This document shows, piece after piece, positions 19,380 through 29,098 of a stretch of 64,000 bases of DNA. The notes below the pieces were generated by a model. It was not told the origin of the DNA and did not search any database. It was given only the letters and a program-made list of their open reading frames with translations. The stretch covers positions 70,560 to 134,559 of the forward strand of contig DASCPX010000047.1 of assembly GCA_036012755.1 (NCBI GenBank), in the 5' to 3' direction. Numbering within the stretch: position 1 is the stretch's first letter; each line of letters starts with the position of its first letter. This DNA is from Myxococcota bacterium (lineage in GTDB: Bacteria > Myxococcota_A > UBA796 > CAJQPC01). The translations under genes and the position numbers were made by a program.

Positions 19380-20261
19380 ATGCAGATCCTCCGCTCTTCG
19401 ACCCATGGCATGGCCCGCCTGCTGCAGCGCAACGCGTCACAGCTCACAGGACAGATCCGCCAGGCTGAGAGCGAGATCATCACGGGCATGTCCGTTCAGC
19501 GTCCGTCGGACGATCCCACCGCGGCGGCCCAGGCCCTGCGCCTCCAGGGCCTGATCAACGACCAGTCTGTCTACGAACGGAACTCCGTGGCGGCCCAGAG
19601 CCTCCTGGGGCAGGCCGAGACCGCGATGGCTGACGCCGGCGATCTGCTGAAGAGGGCGAAGGAGCTCGCGATCGCAGGCGCCAGCGAGAGCTGGAGCAGC
19701 GCAGACCGCCAGGTGATGGCGACAGAGGTCGAGATGCTGCGGAGCCAGCTCCTGGATCTCGCGAACACGCGCGTGGGGACCCGGTACATCTTCTCCGGCG
19801 ATGCCTACGACACAGAGGCCTTCGACGAGAGCGCTACCTACACCGGAGGCTCCGAGGAGCCAGTGATCCAGGTGAGCGCCAACCAGACCGAGAGCGTCGG
19901 CTTCGACGGCTCAGAGGTCTTCCAGGGCGACGTCGACCTGTTCGCGGTGCTCGAGGACCTGCAGACCGCGCTCGAAGACAACGACGCCGACGGCGTCAGC
20001 GCTGTCATCGACGATCTCACGGACGGCCACGAACAGATCGTCGAGTGGCGCGCGGTGGTCGGCCACAGCTACGCGGTGACAGAGGACGCCATCGACACGG
20101 CGGGGAACGTCGAGGCGATGCTCCAGACCGAGCTCGATGGGCTCGTCGGCATCGACGAGACGGAGGTGTACCTGCGCCTGGCCGAGCTGCGCACCGCCTA
20201 CGAAGCGGCGATGCGCGTGGGCGGAACCTCCGTGTCCGGGACCCTGTTCTCCTATCTGTAA
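19380..20261 (+). CDS. flgL: Hook-associated protein FlgL
   Basis: TGMSVQRPSDDP, KRAKELAI.GAS, LANTRVG.RYIFSG, C-terminal TLFSYL. Confidence 0.92.
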   Translation: MQILRSSTHGMARLLQRNASQLTGQIRQAESEIITGMSVQRPSDDPTAAAQALRLQGLINDQSVYERNSVAAQSLLGQAETAMADAGDLLKRAKELAIAGASESWSSADRQVMATEVEMLRSQLLDLANTRVGTRYIFSGDAYDTEAFDESATYTGGSEEPVIQVSANQTESVGFDGSEVFQGDVDLFAVLEDLQTALEDNDADGVSAVIDDLTDGHEQIVEWRAVVGHSYAVTEDAIDTAGNVEAMLQTELDGLVGIDETEVYLRLAELRTAYEAAMRVGGTSVSGTLFSYL

Positions 20262-20292
20262 GGGTTTCGACATCCGCTCGACGATCGGGGGC

Positions 20293-20319
20293 TAATGGCC
20301 CCCTCTTTAGATCCGAGAG
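20293..20319 (+). promoter_or_regulatory. sigma28-like promoter of flagellin 1
   Basis: TAAT-N15-TCCGAGAG. Confidence 0.6.
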
Positions 20320-20388
20320 GTCTTGTGAGGACAGACGCAAATCGTCCTCCAGAGACGACGACGAAAGACAAAACGCCAGGAGGAACCT

Positions 20389-21222
20389 GTGGCCATTGTC
20401 GTGAACACCAACACTGCGTCTTCCAACGCAATCAACCAACTCAACAAGAACAACCGCAACTTGATGGACAGCTTCCGTCGCATCAGCTCCGGTCTTCGCA
20501 TCACGAAGGCCGCGGATGACGCAGCGGGGATGGGAGTCGCCGAGAACCTCGACGCCTCTGTCCGCAGCCTCCGCCAGGCCGCGCGCAACACCAACGACGG
20601 GATCTCCGTGATCTCGACCGCGGAAGGCGCGACCTCAGAGGTCGTGAACATCATCAAGCGCATGCGTGAGCTCGCGGTCCAGAGTGCTTCGGACACCTTG
20701 GACGACAACGAGCGCGCCTACATCCAGGAGGAGTACACCGAGCTCGCCGCCGAGGTCGATCGGATCGCCCAGGTGACGAACTTCAACGGTGTGGCGCTCT
20801 CGGAAGGCACCAACACCACGATCGATGTGCAGGTTGGCATCAACAACACCGCCAACGACCGCATCACGATCACGCTCGGCGACCTCCGCAGCACGGTGCT
20901 CGGTATCGACACCGCGTCGCTGAGTCTCTCCTCGAGCGCCGGTGCGCAGTCTGCGCTGGACACCCTCGACACCGCCCTGGACACCGTCAGCGGCTACCGC
21001 TCGGACCTCGGTGCGGTCGAGAACCGCCTGGACTCCGCCCTCGACAACCTGGAGGTCTACACTGAGAACCTCGAGGCCGCCGAGAGCCGGATCCGTGACG
21101 CTGACTTCGCGTACGAGACCGCTGAGATGAGCAAGAACCAGATCATGCAGCAGGCCGGCGTGTCCGTCCTGGCGCAGGCCAAGTCCCTGACCGCGGGCGC
21201 ACTCACCTTGCTCCAGAGCTAG
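20389..21222 (+). CDS. fliC: Flagellin 1 (277 aa)
   Basis: RISSGLRITKAADDAAG, RNTNDGIS, RMRELAVQSAS, AAESRIRDADFA, QAGVSVLAQA; AGGAGG RBS. Confidence 0.97.
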   Translation: MAIVVNTNTASSNAINQLNKNNRNLMDSFRRISSGLRITKAADDAAGMGVAENLDASVRSLRQAARNTNDGISVISTAEGATSEVVNIIKRMRELAVQSASDTLDDNERAYIQEEYTELAAEVDRIAQVTNFNGVALSEGTNTTIDVQVGINNTANDRITITLGDLRSTVLGIDTASLSLSSSAGAQSALDTLDTALDTVSGYRSDLGAVENRLDSALDNLEVYTENLEAAESRIRDADFAYETAEMSKNQIMQQAGVSVLAQAKSLTAGALTLLQS

Positions 21223-21246
21223 GCGAAAGCGAATACCGACCCCGCT

Positions 21247-21274
21247 GAGGGGGCCCACCCGGGCCCCCTCTTTT
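21247..21274 (+). terminator. Rho-independent terminator after flagellin 1
   Basis: gagggggccc-accc-gggccccctc followed by tttt. Confidence 0.85.
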
Positions 21275-21332
21275 GCGTCCTTGCCCGTGATTGCGGGCAT
21301 TACGCGTTTCTTACTGTTCGGCAAGACAGGGG

Positions 21333-21360
21333 TAATCGAGATGGACGAGCCTTCCGATCA
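21333..21360 (+). promoter_or_regulatory. sigma28-like promoter of flagellin 2
   Basis: TAAT-N16-TCCGATCA. Confidence 0.5.
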
Positions 21361-21417
21361 ACTGGCTGGAACGCCTGGACAAGAAGTTCTGGTGCCCACT
21401 CCAAGGAGGAGAACCAA

Positions 21418-22248
21418 ATGGCTCTTACTGTCAACACGAACGTGAGCGCGATCCGCGCCACGACTCAGCTTGGCGCCACGACCCGGAAGCTGTCCGACAG
21501 CTTCGCGCGTCTCTCGAGCGGACTTCGTATCACGAAGGCAGCCGATGACGCAGCGGGAATGGGCGTCGCCGACAACCTCGACTCCGTCAGTCGGTCCGCT
21601 CGCGTCGCGATGCGGAACGCCAACGACGGGATCTCCGTCATCTCGACCGCGGAAGGATCCACGGCCGAGGTCACCAACATCCTGAAGCGCATGCGCGAGC
21701 TCGCTGTCCAGTCCTCGTCCGAGACGCTGGACGACGATGAGCGCGCCTACATCCAGGAGGAGTACCAGGAGCTCGCGTCCGAGGTCGATCGCATCGCGAA
21801 CACGACCGAGTTCAACGGCGTCGCGCTCGCGGAGGGCACGAACACTACCCTGGACATCCAGGTGGGTGTGAACGGCACCGCCAACGATCGCATCACCATC
21901 ACCCTCGGCGACCTGCGCGGCACGGTCCTCGGAGTCGACACTGCCAGCCTCGATCTCTCTACGAGCTCGGGTGCCCAGTCCGCCATCTCCGGCATCGACA
22001 CCGCGATCGACACCGTCAACGGCTACCGCAGTGACTACGGTGCGGTCGAGAACCGGGTCGACAGCGCGCTGAACAACCTGGAGACCTATGCCTCGAACCT
22101 GGAGGCGGCCGAGTCGCGTATTCGCGACCTGGACTTCGCCAGTGAGACCGCCGAGCTCGCCAAGCTGCAGATCATGCAGTCGGCTGGTGTGAGCGTCCTC
22201 GCCCAGGCCAAGAACATGACCGCCAGCGCCGCTTCCCTCCTCGGGTAG
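21418..22248 (+). CDS. fliC: Flagellin 2 (276 aa)
   Basis: RLSSGLRITKAADDAAG, RMRELAVQSSS, AAESRIRDLDFA; close paralog of flagellin 1. Confidence 0.97.
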   Translation: MALTVNTNVSAIRATTQLGATTRKLSDSFARLSSGLRITKAADDAAGMGVADNLDSVSRSARVAMRNANDGISVISTAEGSTAEVTNILKRMRELAVQSSSETLDDDERAYIQEEYQELASEVDRIANTTEFNGVALAEGTNTTLDIQVGVNGTANDRITITLGDLRGTVLGVDTASLDLSTSSGAQSAISGIDTAIDTVNGYRSDYGAVENRVDSALNNLETYASNLEAAESRIRDLDFASETAELAKLQIMQSAGVSVLAQAKNMTASAASLLG

Positions 22249-22272
22249 CAGCGACGCCAGCTGACGCTGGCC

Positions 22273-22300
22273 TAAAGTCGGGGTCCTCTCGGTCCGATCG
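22273..22300 (+). promoter_or_regulatory. sigma28-like promoter upstream of fliD
   Basis: TAAA-N16-TCCGATCG. Confidence 0.6.
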
Positions 22301-22345
22301 GAAGATCAGGTCGGGATGGACCCCGGCACTGCTTTTGGGATCTGA

Positions 22346-23689
22346 ATGCCATCCGTCGATGGAATCGCCTCCGGGCTCGACACCACCTCCCTCATCGAGG
22401 CGATCGTGTCGGTCGCGGCGGTCCCGAAGGCCACGCTCGAGAGTGAGAAGAGCGAGGTCGAGGATCAGATCGACAAGGTCGCGGACTTCAAGACCCTCCT
22501 CACGGCGGTCCAGACCGCCCTCGAGGACATCGACACCGCCGCGGAGTTCGGAAAGAGCACGGTCTCGCTCTCAGAGGAGGGATGGGTCGAGGTCGAGGTG
22601 GAGGCGGAGACCCCGCCCGGAAGCTACGAGATCGAGGTCTCCGCGCTGGCCCGCTCCGAGATGGAGGTCAGCCAGGGCTTCAGCGACGACGAGACCGCGG
22701 GCCTGGTGGCGGTCGGGGACCTCGTCGTGACCTACGCAGGCGACGCCAGCACGATCACGATCGACTCGTCGATGACGCTGCGGGACATCGCCGACGAGCT
22801 CCAGGCCATCGACGGGCTCACGTCCTACGTGATGTACGACGGCTCCAGCACCGACCCGTATCGGCTGGTCATCTTCGGCGCGGACACGGGGGTCGACAAC
22901 ACCCTCGAGTGGGACACGAGCGGGCTCAGCGCTGGGATCATGCCGACCTTCACGGAGCAGGTCTCGGCCCAGGACGCCGAGCTGACGGTGAACGGGGTCA
23001 CGATCTACTCAGAGGGCAACGTCATCGATGGCGCCATCCCCGGGATGGAGCTGACGCTGAACTCCGTGACGACCGACACGATCACGGCGACCGTCTCCTC
23101 GGACACGGACTCGATCGTGGCGGGGGTGGAGGCCTTCGTCGATGCCTACAACAGCCTCGCGAGCTTCTACTCGCTGAACACGGACTTCGACGCGGACGAG
23201 GGCATTCGCGGCGCGCTCTTCGGGGACAGCACCATCCGCGGCATCATGGACGGTCTGAGCAACAAGATCTCGGATAACTGGAGTGACGACGACTACTACG
23301 GCCTCGGCAACATCGGGATCAACACGAAGCAGACAGGCAAGCTCGAGTTCGACTCGGATCTCTTCGAAGAGCAGCTGCTCGCCAACGGAGAGGAGGTCCT
23401 GGATCTGTTCACCGGGGACACCAGCTTTGGACTGACCACGATCGAGCTCATCGACGAGACCTACCTCAGCGACGATGGGTTCATCGAGACGCGCACCGAG
23501 ACGCTCGAAGAGACCGTCGAGGACCTCGAGGACTCGATCGAGACGATCGAGGATCGGCTCGAGTCCATGGAGGCCAGGCTGAGGAAGCAGTTCACGTACA
23601 TGGAGACCGTGTTGGGGCAGCTCCAGACGACGCAGGGCTTCCTGTCGGCGCTGTTGAGCAGCAGCACCAGCAGCTCCAGCAGCAGCTAA
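22346..23689 (+). CDS. fliD: Filament cap protein FliD
   Basis: GIASGLDT..LI, GSYEIEVSALA, AQDA.LTVNG, FVDAYN, GALFGDS, RLRKQFTYME. Confidence 0.95.
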   Translation: MPSVDGIASGLDTTSLIEAIVSVAAVPKATLESEKSEVEDQIDKVADFKTLLTAVQTALEDIDTAAEFGKSTVSLSEEGWVEVEVEAETPPGSYEIEVSALARSEMEVSQGFSDDETAGLVAVGDLVVTYAGDASTITIDSSMTLRDIADELQAIDGLTSYVMYDGSSTDPYRLVIFGADTGVDNTLEWDTSGLSAGIMPTFTEQVSAQDAELTVNGVTIYSEGNVIDGAIPGMELTLNSVTTDTITATVSSDTDSIVAGVEAFVDAYNSLASFYSLNTDFDADEGIRGALFGDSTIRGIMDGLSNKISDNWSDDDYYGLGNIGINTKQTGKLEFDSDLFEEQLLANGEEVLDLFTGDTSFGLTTIELIDETYLSDDGFIETRTETLEETVEDLEDSIETIEDRLESMEARLRKQFTYMETVLGQLQTTQGFLSALLSSSTSSSSSS

Positions 23690-23705
23690 TAGGTAGGAGG
23701 GCCCC

Positions 23706-24071
23706 GTGAAGGGAATCGCCAGGTACAAGAAGGTGGGTGTCCAGTCCGCGTCGAACGGACAGGTGCTGGTCATGCTCATGCGGGGCGCCATGCTGAAGCT
23801 GGACGAGGCCGCAGACAGCGTCGAGGTGGACCCGAAGTCCGCTGTCGAGAGGCTCCGCACGGTGCGCAAGATCTACGGCGAGTTGCTCGCCGCCCTCGAT
23901 GACAGCCACGCCCCAGAGGTCTGCGGCAACCTGCGCCGCCTCTACACCTGGTGCATCCGAGAGCTCGCTCACGCCGAAAGAGACCTGGATCGCTCGAAGA
24001 TCCTGGGGGTCGGGCAGGTCACCGAGACCCTCCTGGAGGCTTGGACGGGCGCGATCGCCGAGGCCCGTTGA
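23706..24071 (+). CDS. fliS: Flagellin chaperone FliS
   Basis: YKKVGVQSAS..LVMLMRGA, ELLAALD, NLRRLY, LLEAW. Confidence 0.9.
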   Translation: MKGIARYKKVGVQSASNGQVLVMLMRGAMLKLDEAADSVEVDPKSAVERLRTVRKIYGELLAALDDSHAPEVCGNLRRLYTWCIRELAHAERDLDRSKILGVGQVTETLLEAWTGAIAEAR

Positions 24072-24072
24072 G

Positions 24073-24369
24073 GTGTCTCTCCCCGGCCAGATCCGGGAGC
24101 TGACGGAGCGGGTCCGGGACGGTCGCGAGGTCGATCCGCTCGAGACGGCGGAGCTGTTCGCGAGGATCCAGGCCGCGGGCTCGTCGCTGGGCCCAGCCGA
24201 CGTCAAGGAGATCGAGGAGCTGCTCGGAGATCTCGAGGTGGCCATCTACGAAGGCCAGGCCAAGGTGCAGGAGCGTCTCCAGCACAGCGGTCGCGGCCGT
24301 CGGGCGCTGAAGGGCTACGGCTACGTACGCAGCCACAAGCGCGGCCAGAGGATGCGCAAAAAGGCTTGA
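24073..24369 (+). CDS. Small helical hypothetical protein at the usual FliT position
   Basis: GTG 2 nt after fliS stop; ends RRALKGYG..RKKA. Confidence 0.55.
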   Translation: MSLPGQIRELTERVRDGREVDPLETAELFARIQAAGSSLGPADVKEIEELLGDLEVAIYEGQAKVQERLQHSGRGRRALKGYGYVRSHKRGQRMRKKA

Positions 24370-24400
24370 TGCACCGCGCTGTCGTCCGATGGAGCGAGGG

Positions 24401-24925
24401 ATGACTCAGCGCTGGTTTCGAGTGGAGACGACCGTGGAGGTCGGATTCGAGGCGCCCCTTGCCGGGGGTGGCATGCTGCGTCCAGTCCAGGCGCGCCGGT
24501 TGGCAGTTGAAGCTCGCGAGCACCTCGACCGGCTCAGCAACCGCCGTGACCTGGAGGTCAAGGAGGCCCTCGGGCTCGTGCTCGACGCGGTCGCCGCCAT
24601 GGAGCGGGAGCTCGAGGAGATGCAGCGACGACTGCTGCTCGGCCAGCGTGGGGTCACTCTCCGCGAGCAGCCGGTCCGCATCGGCGGAGACGGCTTGTGG
24701 GTTGGCGAGAAGGTCGAGGGCGCCGTCCTCGTCCACCTCGGCCTGCGAGTCGCGGGCGCTCATCACCTTGTCTGCGCGCACGCAGTGGGCCGCACCGCAC
24801 CAGGCGGCAGCGAGCTCGCGTTCACCGATCCGGACCCCAGCGTCCGGGACCTGGTCGTGGCCTTCGTCTTCGACCAGCAGCGAAAGGAGAGACGCCGTGA
24901 GCTTGACGCTTCTGCTCGGACTTAG
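24401..24925 (+). CDS. PilZ-like domain protein with a coiled coil
   Basis: RWFRV, RIGGDGL and C-terminal AFTD..RDLVVAFVFDQQRKERR resemble flagellum-associated PilZ proteins; start 24389 or 24401. Confidence 0.55.
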   Translation: MTQRWFRVETTVEVGFEAPLAGGGMLRPVQARRLAVEAREHLDRLSNRRDLEVKEALGLVLDAVAAMERELEEMQRRLLLGQRGVTLREQPVRIGGDGLWVGEKVEGAVLVHLGLRVAGAHHLVCAHAVGRTAPGGSELAFTDPDPSVRDLVVAFVFDQQRKERRRELDASART

Positions 24926-25586
24926 TCTCGCCTCGCCGCCCCGCCCGGTCCCTCCGACCGAGGCAGCACCAGAGGCCGAGGGCGCCGTGTCGTTCACCGG
25001 TGTGGGGCTGTATTTCCGGGGTGTCGGCGAGGCCTGGGACGAGCCGGAGCTCGGCCGGGTCTACCGCCCGAACGCCTTGATGGGGGGAGTCGGCCTCGTC
25101 GTGCCCTTCCACCGCTACGCTCAGATCGACCTCGAGGTCGCCTACGAGCGCATGTCGGGTCAGCACATCGATCGGGACACGCTCGAGCCCCTCGACAAGA
25201 CAGCCACCATCGAGCTGGCGCCGATCTCCCTCCTGGTCGAGGGGCGGATGCCCTTTGGAGCCGGTTCCCATGTCTACGTGGGAGTCGGGCCGACCGCGAC
25301 GCTGTTCAAGGAGGAGCACGAGCCCTTCACCAGCTCCGAGGAGGACACGCTGGCCTCCGGGATCACCAGTGGCACCAAGATCGGCGGCGAGGCTCGTGTC
25401 GGAGTCCGGCTGATGACCGGGCTGGTCAGTCCTTCCTACAGCGCCGTGCCGGAGTCGGGGCGGAGTCTCCAGGGGGTCTCTGTCGAGCTCGGCTTCGGGC
25501 GCCGCTTCCAGAAGGAGCCCGACGTCGACGGCGGCTTCGACCTGGCGGCGTGGCGCGCGACCGTCGGGCTGGGGCTGAACTTCTGA
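24897..25586 (+). CDS. Putative small outer-membrane beta-barrel protein
   Basis: Short hydrophobic N-terminus, alternating strands (QIDLEVAY, HVYVGVGP, VSVELGFG), C-terminal ATVGLGLNF. Confidence 0.65.
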   Translation: MSLTLLLGLSLASPPRPVPPTEAAPEAEGAVSFTGVGLYFRGVGEAWDEPELGRVYRPNALMGGVGLVVPFHRYAQIDLEVAYERMSGQHIDRDTLEPLDKTATIELAPISLLVEGRMPFGAGSHVYVGVGPTATLFKEEHEPFTSSEEDTLASGITSGTKIGGEARVGVRLMTGLVSPSYSAVPESGRSLQGVSVELGFGRRFQKEPDVDGGFDLAAWRATVGLGLNF

Positions 25587-27784
25587 TGTTCCTCGCGCTG
25601 CTCGCGACGGTCACGGCTGAGCCTCGCCACGTCGAGCTCGACGGGGGCGCCGAGTGCCGCGTGCGGCAGCTGCCGAGGACCGACGCGGGCCGCGTCCAGT
25701 GGACCTTCAGGAACGTGGACACACCGCTGCTGGCCCAGCTCGAGGGGATCTACACGGATGGAGTCAAGAACTGGGACGCCGTCGGGATCGGCGGGGGGAC
25801 ATGGATCGTCACCGCCTACCTCGATCCCGAGCGGGAGCTGACCGCGACCTGGCGCTGGACGCCCGAGGGGCCCGCGCTCCTGATCATCGATGATGGCGCT
25901 CCGGAGCTGGTCCTGGTGCAGGAGGCCCCGACGCTGGAGGCGCTGGTCGCCGGCGAGGTCCCCCGCCAGGCGGATCCGGTCGCCTCGACTCCGCTGTCCC
26001 CCCTCCGCGGAGATGCGCTCAGCCTCCGCCTGGATGTCGCCACCTTCCCGGCGGCCTTCCCGAGCTGGGAGCCGAACGTCGCGGCGGGACAGCGGGCCAT
26101 GCTCCAGCCGGGCGACGATCTGCTCGCCGTCGATCGCTACCGCCACGTCCTCACGGAGAGCGAGGACGACTACGTGCGCGCCGCCGCGAACTTCCGGCTG
26201 GCAGAGGCCCACCGGGACCTCGGAATGGCCAGGGAGGCCGCCCACTACTTCGAGCGGGTCAGCGAGCTCGACGCGGCCTGGCCGGAGGCCTCGGTGCACC
26301 TCCACCGCGCCCAGGCGGCGCTCGCGGTCGGCCGGGCGGACCAAGCCCGTGCCCTGTGCTCGGAGGTGGCGACCGTCCGGTACAGGGAGGCGCAGGTGCT
26401 CGAGTGCCTGGGCCTGGTCGCCTTGGAGACCGGCGACCCTGCCCCGGCGCCGACGGGCCGAGCGCTGGCTAGGGCGTCAGCGAGGCCGGAGAGCCTCGTG
26501 CTGGCAGCCCAGCTCCTCCAGCTCGACGGGCGGCACCTCGAAGCGGAGCCTCTGCTCGTGGAGGCGCTCTCGGATCTCGATGACCCGCGGCTCGCCGCCG
26601 TCGCCTGGGCCTCGCTCGGGGACGCCCGCTTCCACATCGGGGACAATGAGGGCGCCAGGCGGGCCTGGGCAGAGGTGGTCAGTGACCCGCAACTAGGCGA
26701 CATCGTACGAGTCAGGAAGACCATGCTCGTGATGGTGGAGGAGGGTGCCCGCAGCTGGCCGAGCAACATCCCGAACCTCTACACCCTCGCGGAGTTGCCC
26801 GGACTCGCCGGGGCGGAGGCCCAGTGGCTGCTCGCCCAGGTCGCGCTCGAGCTCGGCGACTTCGAGGGAGCCGCAGGCCACCTGGCCGCCATCCTCGATC
26901 GTCCGGACGTCGATCTGTCCGACTCCGACCTCCCAGCGGTCTTGTGGGATGTCATCGAGACCCGCCTCGGTGAGCTGGAGCGCGCTGGCCGCCAGCTCGA
27001 CCAGCTGGCCTTCTTCCGTGACTCGTGGCGCTCCGAGCTGGAGCCCGAAGTGACTGATGTCGCACGACTCCTCTCGGTCGCCTCTGCCTACGAGGACCTC
27101 GAGCTCCACGACGACGCGCTGTCGGTCCATCGAATCGTCTTCAGCATTCGCAGCCGGCTCGGAGAGTCTTCTCCGGATGACCTGTTCACGCTCGCCCGGC
27201 TCTACTTCGAGGTCGGGCGCCCCGACGAGGCCCTGGAGACCCTGGAGTTCCTGCGCCGCGGAGCCGTCCCCGCGGATCTCACAGGCGCCACCTGGCTGCT
27301 CGAGGGTGACGTGCTGTTGTCCCTCGGGGAGGAGGACGAGGCGATGCAGGCATGGCGCAAGGCAGCTCTGCAGCGGGACACCAAGGTCGAGGCCACCACG
27401 CGCATGGCCCTGCTCGACGCCCGAGAGGGCCGCTGTGCTCGGGCCCGTCCGGCTCTAGAGGATCTCGTCCGCCAGAAGGAAGAGAGCCTGGAGGTCCGTG
27501 AAGGTCACGTCCACCTCACGCTCGCCCGGTGCTACCTCGAGGAGGGGCGCAACGAGGAGGCCGCTGCCGCTGCCCGTGAGGCCGCTGGTCGCAGCGAGGA
27601 CGAGCTGACCCGCCGCTATGCGACCTGGCTGGCCTCCGAGGCGGACCGGGGAGACGACGAACTGCTCGCCCGTGCGCTCGCCAGCGATGACGACCTCTGG
27701 GCCGCGCTGGGGCGCGAGAGGAGCGCAGACTCGGCCTTCGACGCTGAGATCCGCTCCGAGCGTGGGAAAGAGACAAATCCCTAA
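25586..27784 (+). CDS. Exported tetratricopeptide-repeat protein
   Basis: Signal-like MFLALLA, beta-rich N-terminal region, many TPR-like units (LGDARFHIGD..A..AW; LARLYFEVGRPDEA); ATG overlaps upstream TGA. Confidence 0.8.
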   Translation: MFLALLATVTAEPRHVELDGGAECRVRQLPRTDAGRVQWTFRNVDTPLLAQLEGIYTDGVKNWDAVGIGGGTWIVTAYLDPERELTATWRWTPEGPALLIIDDGAPELVLVQEAPTLEALVAGEVPRQADPVASTPLSPLRGDALSLRLDVATFPAAFPSWEPNVAAGQRAMLQPGDDLLAVDRYRHVLTESEDDYVRAAANFRLAEAHRDLGMAREAAHYFERVSELDAAWPEASVHLHRAQAALAVGRADQARALCSEVATVRYREAQVLECLGLVALETGDPAPAPTGRALARASARPESLVLAAQLLQLDGRHLEAEPLLVEALSDLDDPRLAAVAWASLGDARFHIGDNEGARRAWAEVVSDPQLGDIVRVRKTMLVMVEEGARSWPSNIPNLYTLAELPGLAGAEAQWLLAQVALELGDFEGAAGHLAAILDRPDVDLSDSDLPAVLWDVIETRLGELERAGRQLDQLAFFRDSWRSELEPEVTDVARLLSVASAYEDLELHDDALSVHRIVFSIRSRLGESSPDDLFTLARLYFEVGRPDEALETLEFLRRGAVPADLTGATWLLEGDVLLSLGEEDEAMQAWRKAALQRDTKVEATTRMALLDAREGRCARARPALEDLVRQKEESLEVREGHVHLTLARCYLEEGRNEEAAAAAREAAGRSEDELTRRYATWLASEADRGDDELLARALASDDDLWAALGRERSADSAFDAEIRSERGKETNP

Positions 27785-27808
27785 AAGATCTGGTGATGCG
27801 TCCGATTG
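27782..27808 (+). promoter_or_regulatory. sigma28-like promoter upstream of flgB
   Basis: TAAA-N15-TCCGATTG. Confidence 0.7.
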
Positions 27809-27835
27809 GGGATCGAACTCCTTGGAGATCGTTCC

Positions 27836-28213
27836 ATGTCCGACCTGCTCTTCGACGGCCTGCATCGCGGCCTGGGAACAGCCCTGGACCTGCGGGATGT
27901 CCAGCATCGGCTGACCGTCTCCAACATCGCCAACGCCGACACTCCCGGCTACCGCGCCCGGGTCATGGACTTCGAAAAGGCCATCGGCGCGGCGCTCGAC
28001 GACATCTCGCGAGGGGAGGAGCTGAAGCTAGACCCGGATGCCCTGCCCATCGAGGAGATGGAGCCAGAGCCCTGGGTGCTCGACGGGAACTCCGTCGTCG
28101 CCGAAAAAGAGATGGAGCGCCTGATCGCGAACTCCATCGAGTACAACGCCATCGCTGGCGGGCTGTCCCGCCGCTTGGCTCTCCTCCGCTTCGCGGCCAA
28201 CGACGGTCGCTGA
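27836..28213 (+). CDS. flgB: Basal-body rod protein FlgB
   Basis: SNIANADTPGYRA..DFE, DGNSV..EKEM. Confidence 0.95.
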   Translation: MSDLLFDGLHRGLGTALDLRDVQHRLTVSNIANADTPGYRARVMDFEKAIGAALDDISRGEELKLDPDALPIEEMEPEPWVLDGNSVVAEKEMERLIANSIEYNAIAGGLSRRLALLRFAANDGR

Positions 28214-28227
28214 CCGGGAGGTCAACC

Positions 28228-28650
28228 ATGTCCGATCTCACCGACGCCCTCTCGATCGCCGCCAGCGGCATGCGCGCCCAGCGCGTGCGCCTGCAAGCGA
28301 CCTCGAGCAACATCGCCAACGCGCGCACCACCAAGACCGAAGAGGGTGGTCCCTACAAGCGGCGTGTCACGGTCTTCGAGGCCCAGGCCATCGATCCCTT
28401 CGGGGACGAACTGGACCGCCAGCTCGCCGGCGTCAAGGTCGACGAGATCGAGCTCAGTGATGCAACCGAGCGCATCTTCGACCCCTCTCATCCCCACGCG
28501 GACGAGGACGGCTACGTCGAGATGCCGAAGATCGACCTGATGGCCGAGATGGTCGACCTCATGAACGTCTCTCGGACCTACGAGGCCAACGCCAACGCCA
28601 TCGACGTGACCAAGGACCTGGCCCAGCGGGCCATCGACATCGGGAAGTAG
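28228..28650 (+). CDS. flgC: Basal-body rod protein FlgC
   Basis: IAASGMRAQR, SNIANA, GPYKRR, DPSHPHADEDGYV, EMVDLM..SRTYEAN. Confidence 0.96.
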   Translation: MSDLTDALSIAASGMRAQRVRLQATSSNIANARTTKTEEGGPYKRRVTVFEAQAIDPFGDELDRQLAGVKVDEIELSDATERIFDPSHPHADEDGYVEMPKIDLMAEMVDLMNVSRTYEANANAIDVTKDLAQRAIDIGK

Positions 28651-28653
28651 GCC

Positions 28654-28980
28654 ATGAAGACCGACGCCATCCAGAGCGCCATGCAGGCCATGGACGCAGT
28701 GCAGGCCCAGCTTGACGGCCAGAAGGCCGTGGGCGGGTCAGTGGTCGGGGGCGAAGGCCTCGGCGACAGCTTCGCCGACGGACTCGCCGACGCGATCGAG
28801 TCGGTGGACGCCCACCAGCACAAGGCCGACGCCAGCCTCGAGCTGCTCATGCGCGGAGAGGGCAACGCGGCCCAGACGATGGTCGCGCTCTCCGAAGCCG
28901 ACATCACGCTGCGCACGATGAGCTCTGTGCGCGACAAGGTGGTCGCGGCGTATGAGCAGATCATGAACATGGCGATCTGA
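28654..28980 (+). CDS. fliE: Hook-basal body protein FliE
   Basis: VRDKVVAAYEQIMNMAI. Confidence 0.93.
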   Translation: MKTDAIQSAMQAMDAVQAQLDGQKAVGGSVVGGEGLGDSFADGLADAIESVDAHQHKADASLELLMRGEGNAAQTMVALSEADITLRTMSSVRDKVVAAYEQIMNMAI

Positions 28981-29098
28981 TCCGGTAGCCTTGGCGCTCC
29001 GCGCGAGGGTGCGATGCGTCGACTGGGTTTGCTGCTGATCGGGGTGGGGCCCCGCTCCCCGAGGGTGTGACCCGGGAACATGCCCAGGCCGCTGGCGC

